From contig JBEIJY010000006.1 in assembly GCA_040380025.1 (NCBI GenBank), forward strand, positions 1-64,000: a stretch of 64,000 nucleotides of DNA, read 5' to 3'. A program made the translations under genes and the position numbers. Origin of the DNA: Bdellovibrionales bacterium (GTDB lineage: Bacteria > Bdellovibrionota > UBA1018 > CAIMNF01). Below, piece after piece: positions 55,533 through 64,000 of this stretch. The notes under the pieces were generated by a model. The model worked only from the letters and a program-made list of their open reading frames with translations. It was not told where the DNA came from and searched no databases. Numbering within the stretch: the stretch's first letter is position 1; each line of letters opens with the position of its first letter.

Positions 55533-56354
55533 CTAATCGCGAAGGGCTTTCTCGTTGATCGAAACCCGCGCCTTTTCACGCAAACCATTGAGCACGCGAT
55601 TCACCAGCTCCTGGCGGCGGTCGTCGAGAATGAGTGCCTTCACCTTATTGCGGTCTGTATGAATCCATTCCTGCTTCCCGGTCAGGCGAATCAGGTGTAG
55701 GCCGAACGGGGTCTTCACCGGCCCTGCGATGTCGCCGATCTTTCCGATCTTGAGAAGCGCCCTGTAATAAGTCGGATCCAAGCGATCTTTCATGCGGTAA
55801 TCGAGGTCCCCCCCGAGGGCCGCACTCGGGTCTTCCGAGAAGCGCTGGGCCGCCTCGGCGAACGAATATTTGCCCGCCTTGATTTCGCCCAAAATCTCGG
55901 TCAGGCGCTTGGAAGCGCCGGCTTCTTCTTCGGGCTTGGTGTCGGGAGGAAGGGCGATGAAGATATGGCTCGACCGCACCTCGGGGTTCTTCTGATACCA
56001 GTTCCGGGCCTCAGCCTCGGAGAGGGTCATTTTTTCGAACTCACTCCCGATCTTTTTTTCGATCAGATAGGTGTACAGGGCATTGTTCATGCGCTCGATC
56101 GCGACCGGATCCTGATCGAGCTTGGTTCGCTTCGCCTCCTGGATCGCCACTTCGCGTTTGATGAGATCGTCGAGAACCTGCTTTCGCGAGGGAGGAAGAA
56201 GCGGATTCATTCGGGTCGCCTCGGCGACCTTCGATTTCACCTCTTCGATGGTGATCACCTTCTCGTTCACGCGGGCGACTTCCACGCCTGCGTTCGCGGA
56301 ATTCAGAAACAACGTCACTCCGGCCAGGATCAACTGCAGGAACGGTTTGCTCAT
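55533..56354 (-). CDS. PpiC-type peptidyl-prolyl isomerase
   Basis: SHI, SEDPSAALGGDL, PVKTPFGLHLI. Confidence 0.88.
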   Translation of the reverse strand: MSKPFLQLILAGVTLFLNSANAGVEVARVNEKVITIEEVKSKVAEATRMNPLLPPSRKQVLDDLIKREVAIQEAKRTKLDQDPVAIERMNNALYTYLIEKKIGSEFEKMTLSEAEARNWYQKNPEVRSSHIFIALPPDTKPEEEAGASKRLTEILGEIKAGKYSFAEAAQRFSEDPSAALGGDLDYRMKDRLDPTYYRALLKIGKIGDIAGPVKTPFGLHLIRLTGKQEWIHTDRNKVKALILDDRRQELVNRVLNGLREKARVSINEKALRD

Positions 56355-56363
56355 GAAAAAAGT

Positions 56364-59300
56364 TTAACAGCCCGATCCGGCGTTTTCAAATGCTTTGGGC
56401 GCTATTTTTCGGAGAAGTTTTTCGAGTTCAAAAAAATGACTCTTCAGATCGACGAAGGGAATGTGGAACAGCACGCGCGACTCGGGTGTGAGGCGCACCC
56501 GCGGGTCACGAACCGATTTCGGCCCCGCATGGAGCTTCATCACCTCATCGATTTCGACAGGTGAGGTTTTTCTGACACCCATCGAGGTGAGGGATTCGTT
56601 GACCGAGAGCGACTCGATGCCCGTCTTTCTGAGGAGGTTCTTCAGGCGGATCAGTGAGAAAAGGTTTTCGGTTTCGTGCGGAAGCTCGCCGAAGCGGTCA
56701 AGAAACTCGGCACGGAGTCCGTCGATTCTCGCGTCGGAATCGGCCATGGAAATTTTTCGATAGAGCGAAAGGCGGAGCTTCGGATCGGGAACCAGGTCGG
56801 TGCCGATCGCGCACTCGACCGGGACGCGGATCTCGGGCTCGAAATGCCGTTCTTCGACGTCGATTTTTTTGCCCTTCAGCTCGGCGATCGCCTCTTCGAG
56901 AAGTTCCGTGAAGAGATCCAGCCCGACCGAGGCAATGTGCCCGGATTGTTCGCCGCCGAGCAGGTTCCCGCCCCCGCGAATCTCGAGGTCATGGCTTGCC
57001 ACCTGGAATCCGCTCCCGAGCTCGACGAATCGCTGGAGCACGTCGAGCCGCATTCGTGCCTCGGGGGTCAGAGCGCGTTCTTCTTCGGTCAGAAGATATG
57101 CGAAGGACTTGCGATGGCTCCGGCCCACCCTGCCCCGGATCTGATAGAGCTGCGCGAGACCCAGGCGGTCGGCGCGGTGGATGAGGATCGTGCCCGCGTT
57201 CGGCACGTCGATCCCGGATTCGATGATCGTCGTGCAGACCAGGATGTTCGCGTGTCCTTGGTAGAACTCGATCATTTTCGATTCGATTTCGGCTTCGGAC
57301 ATCTGTCCGTGAGCAACGAGGATGCGCGCATGGGGCACGAGCTTCCGGATTTCTTCGGCCCGGTGGTGGATCGTCTCGACACGGTTGTATAAATAGAACA
57401 CCTGGCCGCCGCGGGAGAGTTCGGTCTCGATCGCGGTCTTGACGAGCTCGGGTGAGTATCCCGATACGAAGGTCTTGATGGGTTGCCGGTTGGTGGGCGG
57501 GGTCTTGATCACGCTGATGTCCTTCAGTCCCGAAATGGCGAGATTCAGGGTTCGCGGGATCGGCGTCGCCGTCAGGGTCAGGGTGTGGGTATCGGCCTGG
57601 AGAGCTTTGATTTTTTCTTTGTGTTCGACGCCAAAACGATGCTCTTCGTCGATGATCAGGAGCCCGAGGCGGTTCCAGCCCACATCCTTCGAAAGAAGCC
57701 GGTGGGTACCGATCAGAATGTCGACCTTGCCGTCGCGCAGATCGCGAAGGGTCTCGGATTGCATCTTCCGGGTCTTGAACCGCGAAATCGATTCGATCCG
57801 GATCGGGAAATCCCGCATGCGCCGGCGGAAGGTCTGTTCGTGCTGGAATGCGAGGAGTGTGGTGGGAACGAGCACGGCCACCTGATACCCGCTTTGCACG
57901 GCCTGGAAGGCGGCACGCATCGCGACCTCGGTTTTTCCGAAGCCCACATCGCCGCATACGAGGCGGTCAAGGAGCTTTCCGGTTTCGAGATCCGAAAGGA
58001 CATCCTGGGTGGCGCGCAACTGGCCCTCGGTCTCGGTGAATTCGAACCGGTCGCAGAACTCGAAGTACGAGTCGCTCCGCGTGTCGAATTGCGGCCCCTT
58101 CAGGAGGGCCCGTTTCGCGTGCAGTTCGATCAGATTGATGGCGAGCTTCTTGGCCGAATCCCTCGCCCGCTGCTTCGCTTTTTCGAAGAGTCCTGATCCA
58201 AGCTTATCGAGCGGCGCCCCCTGGCCTGGGTTGATGTAGCGCTGGATCGTGTTCAGCCGGTATACCGGCAGATAAAGCTTGTCCCCGCCTGAGTACTCGA
58301 TCAGCAGGTACTCGCCCGAACCGCTATTTCCCGAGGGGAGAGCCTTGAGTCCCGTATAGCGGCCCACTCCATGAAGGGCGTGGACGATCAGGTCTCCCGG
58401 AGACAGGTCGGAAGCGTTCTGAAACACCGCGGTCTCGTCCGGTTCGAACTTCGGGTGAAGCGGCGTGGATGCTTTGGAGGCACCGCCGAACACACCGAAG
58501 AACAGACTCTCCGAGAGAATCATGTGCTTGTGGGTCAAGAACTCGATCGACTCGCCGGGATCGCCCGAAAGAAGCCGGAGGCCGGGAGCCCGCGCGAGGT
58601 CCTTCAGAAGAAACCGCAATCGATCCTGATGGCTCGTTCCCCGGGTACCGATCCAGATCTCAAACCCGTCGTCGAGCCATTCCCGAATCTCTTTTTCGCC
58701 GATCCGTCGGTTCTCGATCCGTTCGAAGGCGACCGGCACCCGGGCAGAGGCAGATTCGGTTGCCGAGCGCACCACGGCCGTCGCCCGTTTGAGCGCCCGA
58801 TCAAGGCAGTCCTCTAGGCCGGGATACAGGGTTTCGGGATCCGGGGTGATCCAGTAGGGATTCGGGTATCGCTCGAGATCGGTCTTGATCTCGATTTTTT
58901 TGTCGGCAAGCGCGATCTTTTGCTGTTCGGGCTCGAAGAACACCATCCGGACGGTTTCGGGCAGGTGGTGCTCGAGTCTTCCGTCCGAGTCGTACACGAA
59001 GGGAAACCAGGTGCGGTAATGCTCCGGAAGAAATCCGCTCCGGATGGTCTCAAAAATCGGATCGCGGATTTTGCGCGGAATTTGCCGGTGGTCGCAGTAT
59101 TCCTTGATGCGTTCGAGGGTTTCTTCGAGGCGATCCCACGGAAACAGCACCTCTTCGGCCGGCCGGATTCGGAGGTGCCCCGCACTCAGTCCGAATTTGT
59201 CCGTCAGTTGCGTGCCCGGATGAAACGTCCGGATGGTCTCGGGAACCGTATCGAAAAAACTGATCCGGAACGGACGCTCGTGGGCGGGGTCGAAGAGATC

Positions 59301-59810
59301 CAGGATCTCGCCCCGGAGTGCGAATTGTCCGGGCTCCTCGACCAGGTCGGTTTGCTGGTAGCCGGAAGCACGGAGCGTGCGGCGGAGATCCTCGCGGGAC
59401 CCGGCATCGCGGTCGACTTCGAGGAGGATTCCTCGCCTGGTATACGCGTCCGGAGGGATGGTTGGCTGGCACCACGATTCGGTCGTTGCGAGGAGGATTA
59501 CCGAAGCGTTCCGTTCCGCGAGAAGAGAGAGCGCGTGAAGGCGGTCGATTCGCTGGGTGATCGAGGAGGAGATCGGTGAGTACGGGGACTGCTCCCAGGC
59601 GACCCAGCGGGCAAGCTCGATTCGGGTGCCCCGGGCGGCGTGTTCGGCCTCGATCAGGCTTTCGAGCGCCGAAGAAATGTTCTCCATCATTCCGGACTCC
59701 GGAAAGCAAAGCATTTGAATCGAACCCGGACGGGTGGATGCGTGCTTCAGGACCTCGAACGCTTGGGCAAGCGGAGAGGAGAATTTTATCTCTTCGGGGC
59801 CGGGGGCCAT
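56364..59810 (-). CDS. mfd: Transcription-repair coupling factor
   Basis: CarD-like HALHGVGRY, GDVGFGKTE, DEEH, TATPIPR, QIRGRVGR, DLEIRGGG. Confidence 0.97.
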   Translation of the reverse strand: MAPGPEEIKFSSPLAQAFEVLKHASTRPGSIQMLCFPESGMMENISSALESLIEAEHAARGTRIELARWVAWEQSPYSPISSSITQRIDRLHALSLLAERNASVILLATTESWCQPTIPPDAYTRRGILLEVDRDAGSREDLRRTLRASGYQQTDLVEEPGQFALRGEILDLFDPAHERPFRISFFDTVPETIRTFHPGTQLTDKFGLSAGHLRIRPAEEVLFPWDRLEETLERIKEYCDHRQIPRKIRDPIFETIRSGFLPEHYRTWFPFVYDSDGRLEHHLPETVRMVFFEPEQQKIALADKKIEIKTDLERYPNPYWITPDPETLYPGLEDCLDRALKRATAVVRSATESASARVPVAFERIENRRIGEKEIREWLDDGFEIWIGTRGTSHQDRLRFLLKDLARAPGLRLLSGDPGESIEFLTHKHMILSESLFFGVFGGASKASTPLHPKFEPDETAVFQNASDLSPGDLIVHALHGVGRYTGLKALPSGNSGSGEYLLIEYSGGDKLYLPVYRLNTIQRYINPGQGAPLDKLGSGLFEKAKQRARDSAKKLAINLIELHAKRALLKGPQFDTRSDSYFEFCDRFEFTETEGQLRATQDVLSDLETGKLLDRLVCGDVGFGKTEVAMRAAFQAVQSGYQVAVLVPTTLLAFQHEQTFRRRMRDFPIRIESISRFKTRKMQSETLRDLRDGKVDILIGTHRLLSKDVGWNRLGLLIIDEEHRFGVEHKEKIKALQADTHTLTLTATPIPRTLNLAISGLKDISVIKTPPTNRQPIKTFVSGYSPELVKTAIETELSRGGQVFYLYNRVETIHHRAEEIRKLVPHARILVAHGQMSEAEIESKMIEFYQGHANILVCTTIIESGIDVPNAGTILIHRADRLGLAQLYQIRGRVGRSHRKSFAYLLTEEERALTPEARMRLDVLQRFVELGSGFQVASHDLEIRGGGNLLGGEQSGHIASVGLDLFTELLEEAIAELKGKKIDVEERHFEPEIRVPVECAIGTDLVPDPKLRLSLYRKISMADSDARIDGLRAEFLDRFGELPHETENLFSLIRLKNLLRKTGIESLSVNESLTSMGVRKTSPVEIDEVMKLHAGPKSVRDPRVRLTPESRVLFHIPFVDLKSHFFELEKLLRKIAPKAFENAGSGC

Positions 59811-59848
59811 TGACTCACCCTTTCTTTATCAAGTACCTTCTGCAACAG

Positions 59849-60073
59849 ATGGATCGGAAACGAATTTTGCCTTTTGAGCTCAAAACAACCCAGTTCACCC
59901 AAGCGGTGAATAATCTGTGGGTTGCCTTGCTCGTGGTGCTCCCCGTGTTTGTGGGGGAGCGGGTCCGGTCCTTGCCGTATTTAATCGCGATTCTTCCGAT
60001 GATGATAGTGTTTTTGTCATTCTTTCTGACCACACGGAACTCAATCAGGAAGGATGAGAATGACGGGATTTAG
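59849..60073 (+). CDS. Small two-TM protein in the nuoA position
   Basis: ATG 59849, hydrophobic, overlaps the next gene; identity inferred from position only. Confidence 0.45.
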   Translation: MDRKRILPFELKTTQFTQAVNNLWVALLVVLPVFVGERVRSLPYLIAILPMMIVFLSFFLTTRNSIRKDENDGI

Positions 60074-60440
60074 ACCGGCCCTGAAATACGTTCGCGTGGG
60101 AGTTTCTTGCTGCGGGGATGACTGGATCCAGACCGAGTCGAGTCGCTATGATCTCGAGCGGCTCGGATGTGTTCCCGCCATTCGCCCGGAAGAAGCGAAT
60201 TTGCTCGTGATTCAGGGATTCATGAATGGAATGCTCCGGGAAGAGGCCGAGCGCTTTTATCGCGAGATGCCCGAGCCCCGATTTGTCATGGCGCTCGGAA
60301 CCTGCGCCTGCGGTGGCGGTTTGTTTCCGGCCGAAGGATCCGGAGCAGAGATTCCGGTCGACGTGTATGTGACAGGTTGTCCGCCCCGACCGGAAGCGAT
60401 CATGAATGGCGTGATCTCTCTTCGGGAGGTACGCAAGTGA
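60054..60440 (+). CDS. NuoB-like Fe-S subunit (short)
   Basis: SCC, RYDLERLG, MPEPRFVMALGTCACGGG, VDVYVTGCPPRPEA. Confidence 0.88.
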   Translation: MRMTGFRPALKYVRVGVSCCGDDWIQTESSRYDLERLGCVPAIRPEEANLLVIQGFMNGMLREEAERFYREMPEPRFVMALGTCACGGGLFPAEGSGAEIPVDVYVTGCPPRPEAIMNGVISLREVRK

Positions 60441-61450
60441 TTCAAGAAACGCTCGAAATGGGACCCATCCACCCGTGGTTGCCCGGACCGATGAAGGTTC
60501 GGTTGGGTATGATCGGAGATCGGATCGCGAGCATCGAGACCGGGTTCGGGTTCGCCGCACGCGAGATCGAGAAGCGGGTTTGCGGGCGCACTCTGGAGAT
60601 GGCCCCCTTTCATTCCGGCCGGATCGAGCCGGAGAGCGCTTTTTTGCTCGATCGCTTGTTCGGTGAGGCGGCCGAACGGATTCTCGGAGTTCAAGTGCCC
60701 GCCCGGGCGGCTTGGATCCGCGACATTTGCTTCGAGTTGAGCGAGTTCGGAGCGCAGCTGAAGTTTCTTGCCCGCATGGCATCGCGAATGGGTCTGGGTG
60801 TTTTGTATCATTCCATCCTGAAGCAGCGGGAGTCCCTTTTGGACCTGGTCGAGCTTTTGACCGGTTCTCGGTACGGATACAATTACATCCGTGCCGGAGG
60901 CGCACGCTATGATCTCACCGATGGGTTTCAGGAGCGCCTGGACGCGTGGATGAGAGGATTTCTGGCGGATCATGACCAGATCTACGAGCTTTTTTGCTGG
61001 ACTCATCCGTTTCAGAACAGGCTGAAGTCGATGGGGTTGGTGGTCGACTCGGGTGATTTCGGGTATGTGAGTGAGGCCGCGGCCGAGAACACCCGATTCG
61101 GTCGGGTGAGCCATGTGGAATCCCGTCTTCTGCATGCCCTCGGATCATGCAAAGAGATCTGCACTGAACTCAGGATGCTTCTCGACTCGCCCGTGAAGGG
61201 CGCGTTCTTCGAGCGGGTCCCGGATGCTCCGGCCGCCGGCCGGGCTCGTGCCGAGATCGACACGATTCGCGGCTCGTGGTCGTTCGATCTCGAGCTCGAT
61301 CAGAAGCAAAGAGTCGGCGCCCTGGCGGTCACCACTCCTTCGGATCGCATCCGGAACGCCATTTTGCCCGCGCTTGAGGGTGAGTCGATCGAGGATCTGC
61401 CGCTGATCCTCGAGAGCCTTTCCCTTTCGATTCCGGAGATCGACCGATGA
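60437..61450 (+). CDS. NuoD-like subunit (degenerate, ~337 aa)
   Basis: MGPIHP, EIEK, VPARAAWIR, TGSR..NYIRAGG..DL, C-terminal EIDR; GTGA overlap with the nuoB-like stop. Confidence 0.85.
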   Translation: MIQETLEMGPIHPWLPGPMKVRLGMIGDRIASIETGFGFAAREIEKRVCGRTLEMAPFHSGRIEPESAFLLDRLFGEAAERILGVQVPARAAWIRDICFELSEFGAQLKFLARMASRMGLGVLYHSILKQRESLLDLVELLTGSRYGYNYIRAGGARYDLTDGFQERLDAWMRGFLADHDQIYELFCWTHPFQNRLKSMGLVVDSGDFGYVSEAAAENTRFGRVSHVESRLLHALGSCKEICTELRMLLDSPVKGAFFERVPDAPAAGRARAEIDTIRGSWSFDLELDQKQRVGALAVTTPSDRIRNAILPALEGESIEDLPLILESLSLSIPEIDR

Positions 61451-62232
61451 TGGAGTGGGTTCTGTCGGCCATTTCGATTTTTCCCTTGTCGTTTTTGATG
61501 TTCGCGCTGAGCGAGCGGATGATCGCTCGCCATGAGTCGCGGGTCGGAAAACACATCGGGATCGCCGGCTATGTCTGGCAAACCTGGATCGACACCCGGG
61601 TCGATCTGACAAGGCTTGAGGGGCGGATTTGGGCGTTGTTTTTGTTCCAGTTGTCGATCGTGTTCCTTTACGGGATCGATGCCGAATATCTGGTGTTTCC
61701 GTATCTTGCGACGAACGGATTTCTTCTGGCGATGCTTTCGCCATCCCACGGTGAAGTCCTGAAGAAAATCACGTTCGATCGCGAGCAGGTGGCCTTTTCT
61801 GCCGCAAGCGCTATGGCGGCCCTGTGTCTGCTCGGGGCGTTCACGCTTTCAGGAACCGCGAACCTGAGAGCGATCGAGTTTCATTTCGGGCATCTTTTTT
61901 TTGTGATCCCCTTCCAGCTCGCCGGAATGATCTTGTTCGGAGAACATCCCTTCGCGGGGTTTCTCGAAAAGCGCACTTGGATCGAATCCGCGCGGTTTTA
62001 CGCATGGAGCATGGTGACCGCTCGGGTATTCCTCGGGGGCGGCTCGGTTTTTTTTGATTTTCATCTGAAGGCGGCCGTCCTGTATCTCGCCTTTCGTCTG
62101 CTCGGGGCGTATTTTCCGGCATTCCGCCAGAAGGATTTTCTCAGAATCGTGGTTCTGTACGGGTTTCCGCTGACGGGAATTCTCTGGTTGGTGGTCATGA
62201 TGGTGAACGCCTGGTTCAACGGAGGGGTTTAG
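61447..62232 (+). CDS. NuoH-like membrane subunit (degenerate)
   Basis: ERMIARHESRVG resembles NuoH ERKxxAxxQxRxG; polytopic; ATGA overlap. Confidence 0.7.
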   Translation: MMEWVLSAISIFPLSFLMFALSERMIARHESRVGKHIGIAGYVWQTWIDTRVDLTRLEGRIWALFLFQLSIVFLYGIDAEYLVFPYLATNGFLLAMLSPSHGEVLKKITFDREQVAFSAASAMAALCLLGAFTLSGTANLRAIEFHFGHLFFVIPFQLAGMILFGEHPFAGFLEKRTWIESARFYAWSMVTARVFLGGGSVFFDFHLKAAVLYLAFRLLGAYFPAFRQKDFLRIVVLYGFPLTGILWLVVMMVNAWFNGGV

Positions 62233-62236
62233 AGTG

Positions 62237-62626
62237 ATGAAACGCGTGATCGGGCATTTTTTGAATCACGATGGGGCCAGAAAGGTAGACACCGAGTTTT
62301 ACCCCGATCCGGTTTCTTCGCGGAGCAAGGATGATTTTCCGGCCCGGGCGCGGGGTCTGGTCTTCAACGAGATCGAAAAATGCACCGCCTGTGGCGACTG
62401 CCAGAAAGTCTGTCCCACCGCTTGCATCACGGTTGAGTCCGTGGAGCGGGAGCGGAACAACCGTCCTTGGGTGTCGAAGTTCGACATTGATTTCTCGAAC
62501 TGTGTTTTTTGCGGATTTTGCGTCGAAGTGTGCGAGCCGAATTCGTTGGTGCAGACCAAGGAAGTCCAGGCGGCCGTGTTCGATGCCCGGGACCTGATCA
62601 CGGATTTCGGAAGGGGGCCCCTGTGA
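62237..62626 (+). CDS. NuoI-like 2x[4Fe-4S] subunit
   Basis: YP...RARG, CTACGDCQKVCP, FDIDFSNCVFCGFCVEVC. Confidence 0.88.
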   Translation: MKRVIGHFLNHDGARKVDTEFYPDPVSSRSKDDFPARARGLVFNEIEKCTACGDCQKVCPTACITVESVERERNNRPWVSKFDIDFSNCVFCGFCVEVCEPNSLVQTKEVQAAVFDARDLITDFGRGPL

Positions 62627-62976
62627 CCGCTGTCTTCGATTTGTTGCTTCTGGCGGGAGTCTCGGTTTGTTTCTCGATCCGGAATCTGTATCAAGGTATG
62701 GTGATTTTCTCGCTCGGGCTGGTGTTCCTGTTTCAGGCCCGGCGATCCCGTCTCCTGACCGGATGGTCTCCCGCGCCCCTGCCTCTCGGCCGGAGAATCC
62801 GGGCGGCCGTGTGCGCGGTCCTGCTCGCAGGAGGGGCTGCCCCCCTTTTGACCGAATCGGTAGTGCCCGGGGTGGATGCGCCGACGGAGGATTTGCTGTT
62901 TCCGGTCGTGGTATCGGTGATCCTGTTGTCCGGTATGCTTTTGCTCGGACTCGGGGTGGAGAGGCGGAAACGATGA
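62623..62976 (+). CDS. Membrane protein in the nuoJ position
   Basis: GTGA overlap, ~4 TM, LFP..VSVILL resembles the NuoJ C-terminal helix. Confidence 0.5.
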   Translation: MTAVFDLLLLAGVSVCFSIRNLYQGMVIFSLGLVFLFQARRSRLLTGWSPAPLPLGRRIRAAVCAVLLAGGAAPLLTESVVPGVDAPTEDLLFPVVVSVILLSGMLLLGLGVERRKR

Positions 62977-63212
62977 TCCACGCGGGCTTGGTTTTGTTCG
63001 CATTCTCGCTCTATCTTGCCTTCCTTAGCGAAGATGCGATCGAGTTCGGAGTCGCTCTCTTGCGGGTAGCGTTCACGGTTTTGCTTCTGGTGTTTTTCTC
63101 TTTGGAAGATCAAGCCGTGCTGGAGGGGGCGGTGTTGGCGTATTCCATTCTTGTTTTGGCGTTTCTGGCGTTGATCCGGAATGAAGTTCAGGTGGACCAT
63201 GATCCATCTTGA
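62973..63212 (+). CDS. Three-TM small protein in the nuoK position
   Basis: ATGA overlap, 79 aa, hydrophobic. Confidence 0.5.
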   Translation: MIHAGLVLFAFSLYLAFLSEDAIEFGVALLRVAFTVLLLVFFSLEDQAVLEGAVLAYSILVLAFLALIRNEVQVDHDPS

Positions 63213-64000
63213 GCTCACCCGCTTCGACCAGACGGCGGTTCTTCTGATTCTGGTGAGTGCTCTTGCGCTGATCCGGGAGCGACGGGTTCTTCCGTTCGGA
63301 ATGGTTCTTCTCGGTGCCCTGGTTCAGGGCCAGATTGTGATGATTCTGCTGGCTGCCCTGACCGCTTGGCACCGCCTTGATCGCGCGGCGTCGCGGTGGA
63401 TTCAGCTCAAGGATCTTGCGGGGGTTTTTTTGGTCATGGCCGCGTCGATGTCAGCCGATGCGCTGCAGGCCTTTTTTCTGCTGACCGGCGTGTTCCTGAT
63501 CACCGTGAATCTCGGAGGCGGAATGCTAGGCCCCTTGCCGGCGCTTCTTTTGCTTCGTCAGGCTCACCCGAACCCTGAGTTTTTCGAGGTTGTTCTCGGG
63601 GCGGGCGCCTCGTACTGGTTGGTTGCCGAGATTTTGCGTTTCACGAAGTCCAAGCACGAGGGACAGATTCTGGCCTGGCTCGAGGCGCTTAGTGCGATCG
63701 CGATTCTTGCAAGCTTTCGTGGTGAGGCCGAGAGAATCGCGGATGAGCCCCTCTATCTCGGAATCGTGTGCGCGGGTGTCGCATTGGTTCTTTCTCTGGC
63801 ATTCTGGAAGCGAATTCGAACCCTCGGGTTTTGGTCTTTCCGGATTTCAGGTCGGATTGCTGTAGCGAATGGTTTGCTCGCGGGAAGGGCTTGGGTATCG
63901 GGGGCAGATCGTCTGACTTCGGATCAGCCCTTGGCGCAGGACCCGGATTTTCGCGTTGCGATCGATTCACTGATTTATTGGGTTTTCGGAATTGTCTTGT
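63199..64000 (+). CDS. Polytopic membrane protein in the nuoL position (runs off the window)
   Basis: Manual translation MIHLELTRFDQTAVLLILVSAL..., open to the window end. Confidence 0.55.
   Translation, partial: MIHLELTRFDQTAVLLILVSALALIRERRVLPFGMVLLGALVQGQIVMILLAALTAWHRLDRAASRWIQLKDLAGVFLVMAASMSADALQAFFLLTGVFLITVNLGGGMLGPLPALLLLRQAHPNPEFFEVVLGAGASYWLVAEILRFTKSKHEGQILAWLEALSAIAILASFRGEAERIADEPLYLGIVCAGVALVLSLAFWKRIRTLGFWSFRISGRIAVANGLLAGRAWVSGADRLTSDQPLAQDPDFRVAIDSLIYWVFGIVL

Noticed and set aside
60437..61450. Group 4 NiFe hydrogenase large subunit
   Set aside because: No N- or C-terminal CxxC motifs; the NuoB-like partner has the tandem CC typical of complex I.

Overview
Chromosomal origin region of a GC-rich bacterium. 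Gene order (parA-parB-bactofilin-atpF'FHAGDC left of the origin; dnaN-recF-gyrB-gyrA-TPR-atpZ/I/B/E right; mfd-PPIase-surA-pdxA) suggests Bdellovibrionota or a related former deltaproteobacterium; this is inferred from synteny only. Most genes are housekeeping and no rRNA, tRNA, CRISPR array or transposase was seen. Main unusual items: (1) oriC (~38384-38800) uses a shifted DnaA box, TTATCCACC, with no canonical TTATCCACA, and DnaA domain IV carries a Pro-to-Arg change. (2) A translationally coupled, miniaturised complex-I-like operon (nuoA/B/D/H/I/J/K/L-like, 59849 to window end) keeps its Fe-S ligands but has lost the quinone-site residues. (3) A 700-bp non-coding insert between rsmG and parA holds two inverted ~180-220 nt hairpin elements with compensatory changes, plus a candidate promoter-structured RNA-terminator leader. 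(4) An hbd-crt-bcd-icmA-icmB cassette (isobutyryl-CoA mutase signature) splits mnmE from mnmG. (5) UvrA lacks its insertion domain. (6) An Fe-S-less (6-4)-type photolyase lies between two paralogous Ig/beta-propeller lipoproteins. (7) Single genes are inserted between dnaA and oriC (GT-C glycosyltransferase) and between gyrB and gyrA (fabH). All calls come from reading motifs by eye; no searches were run.
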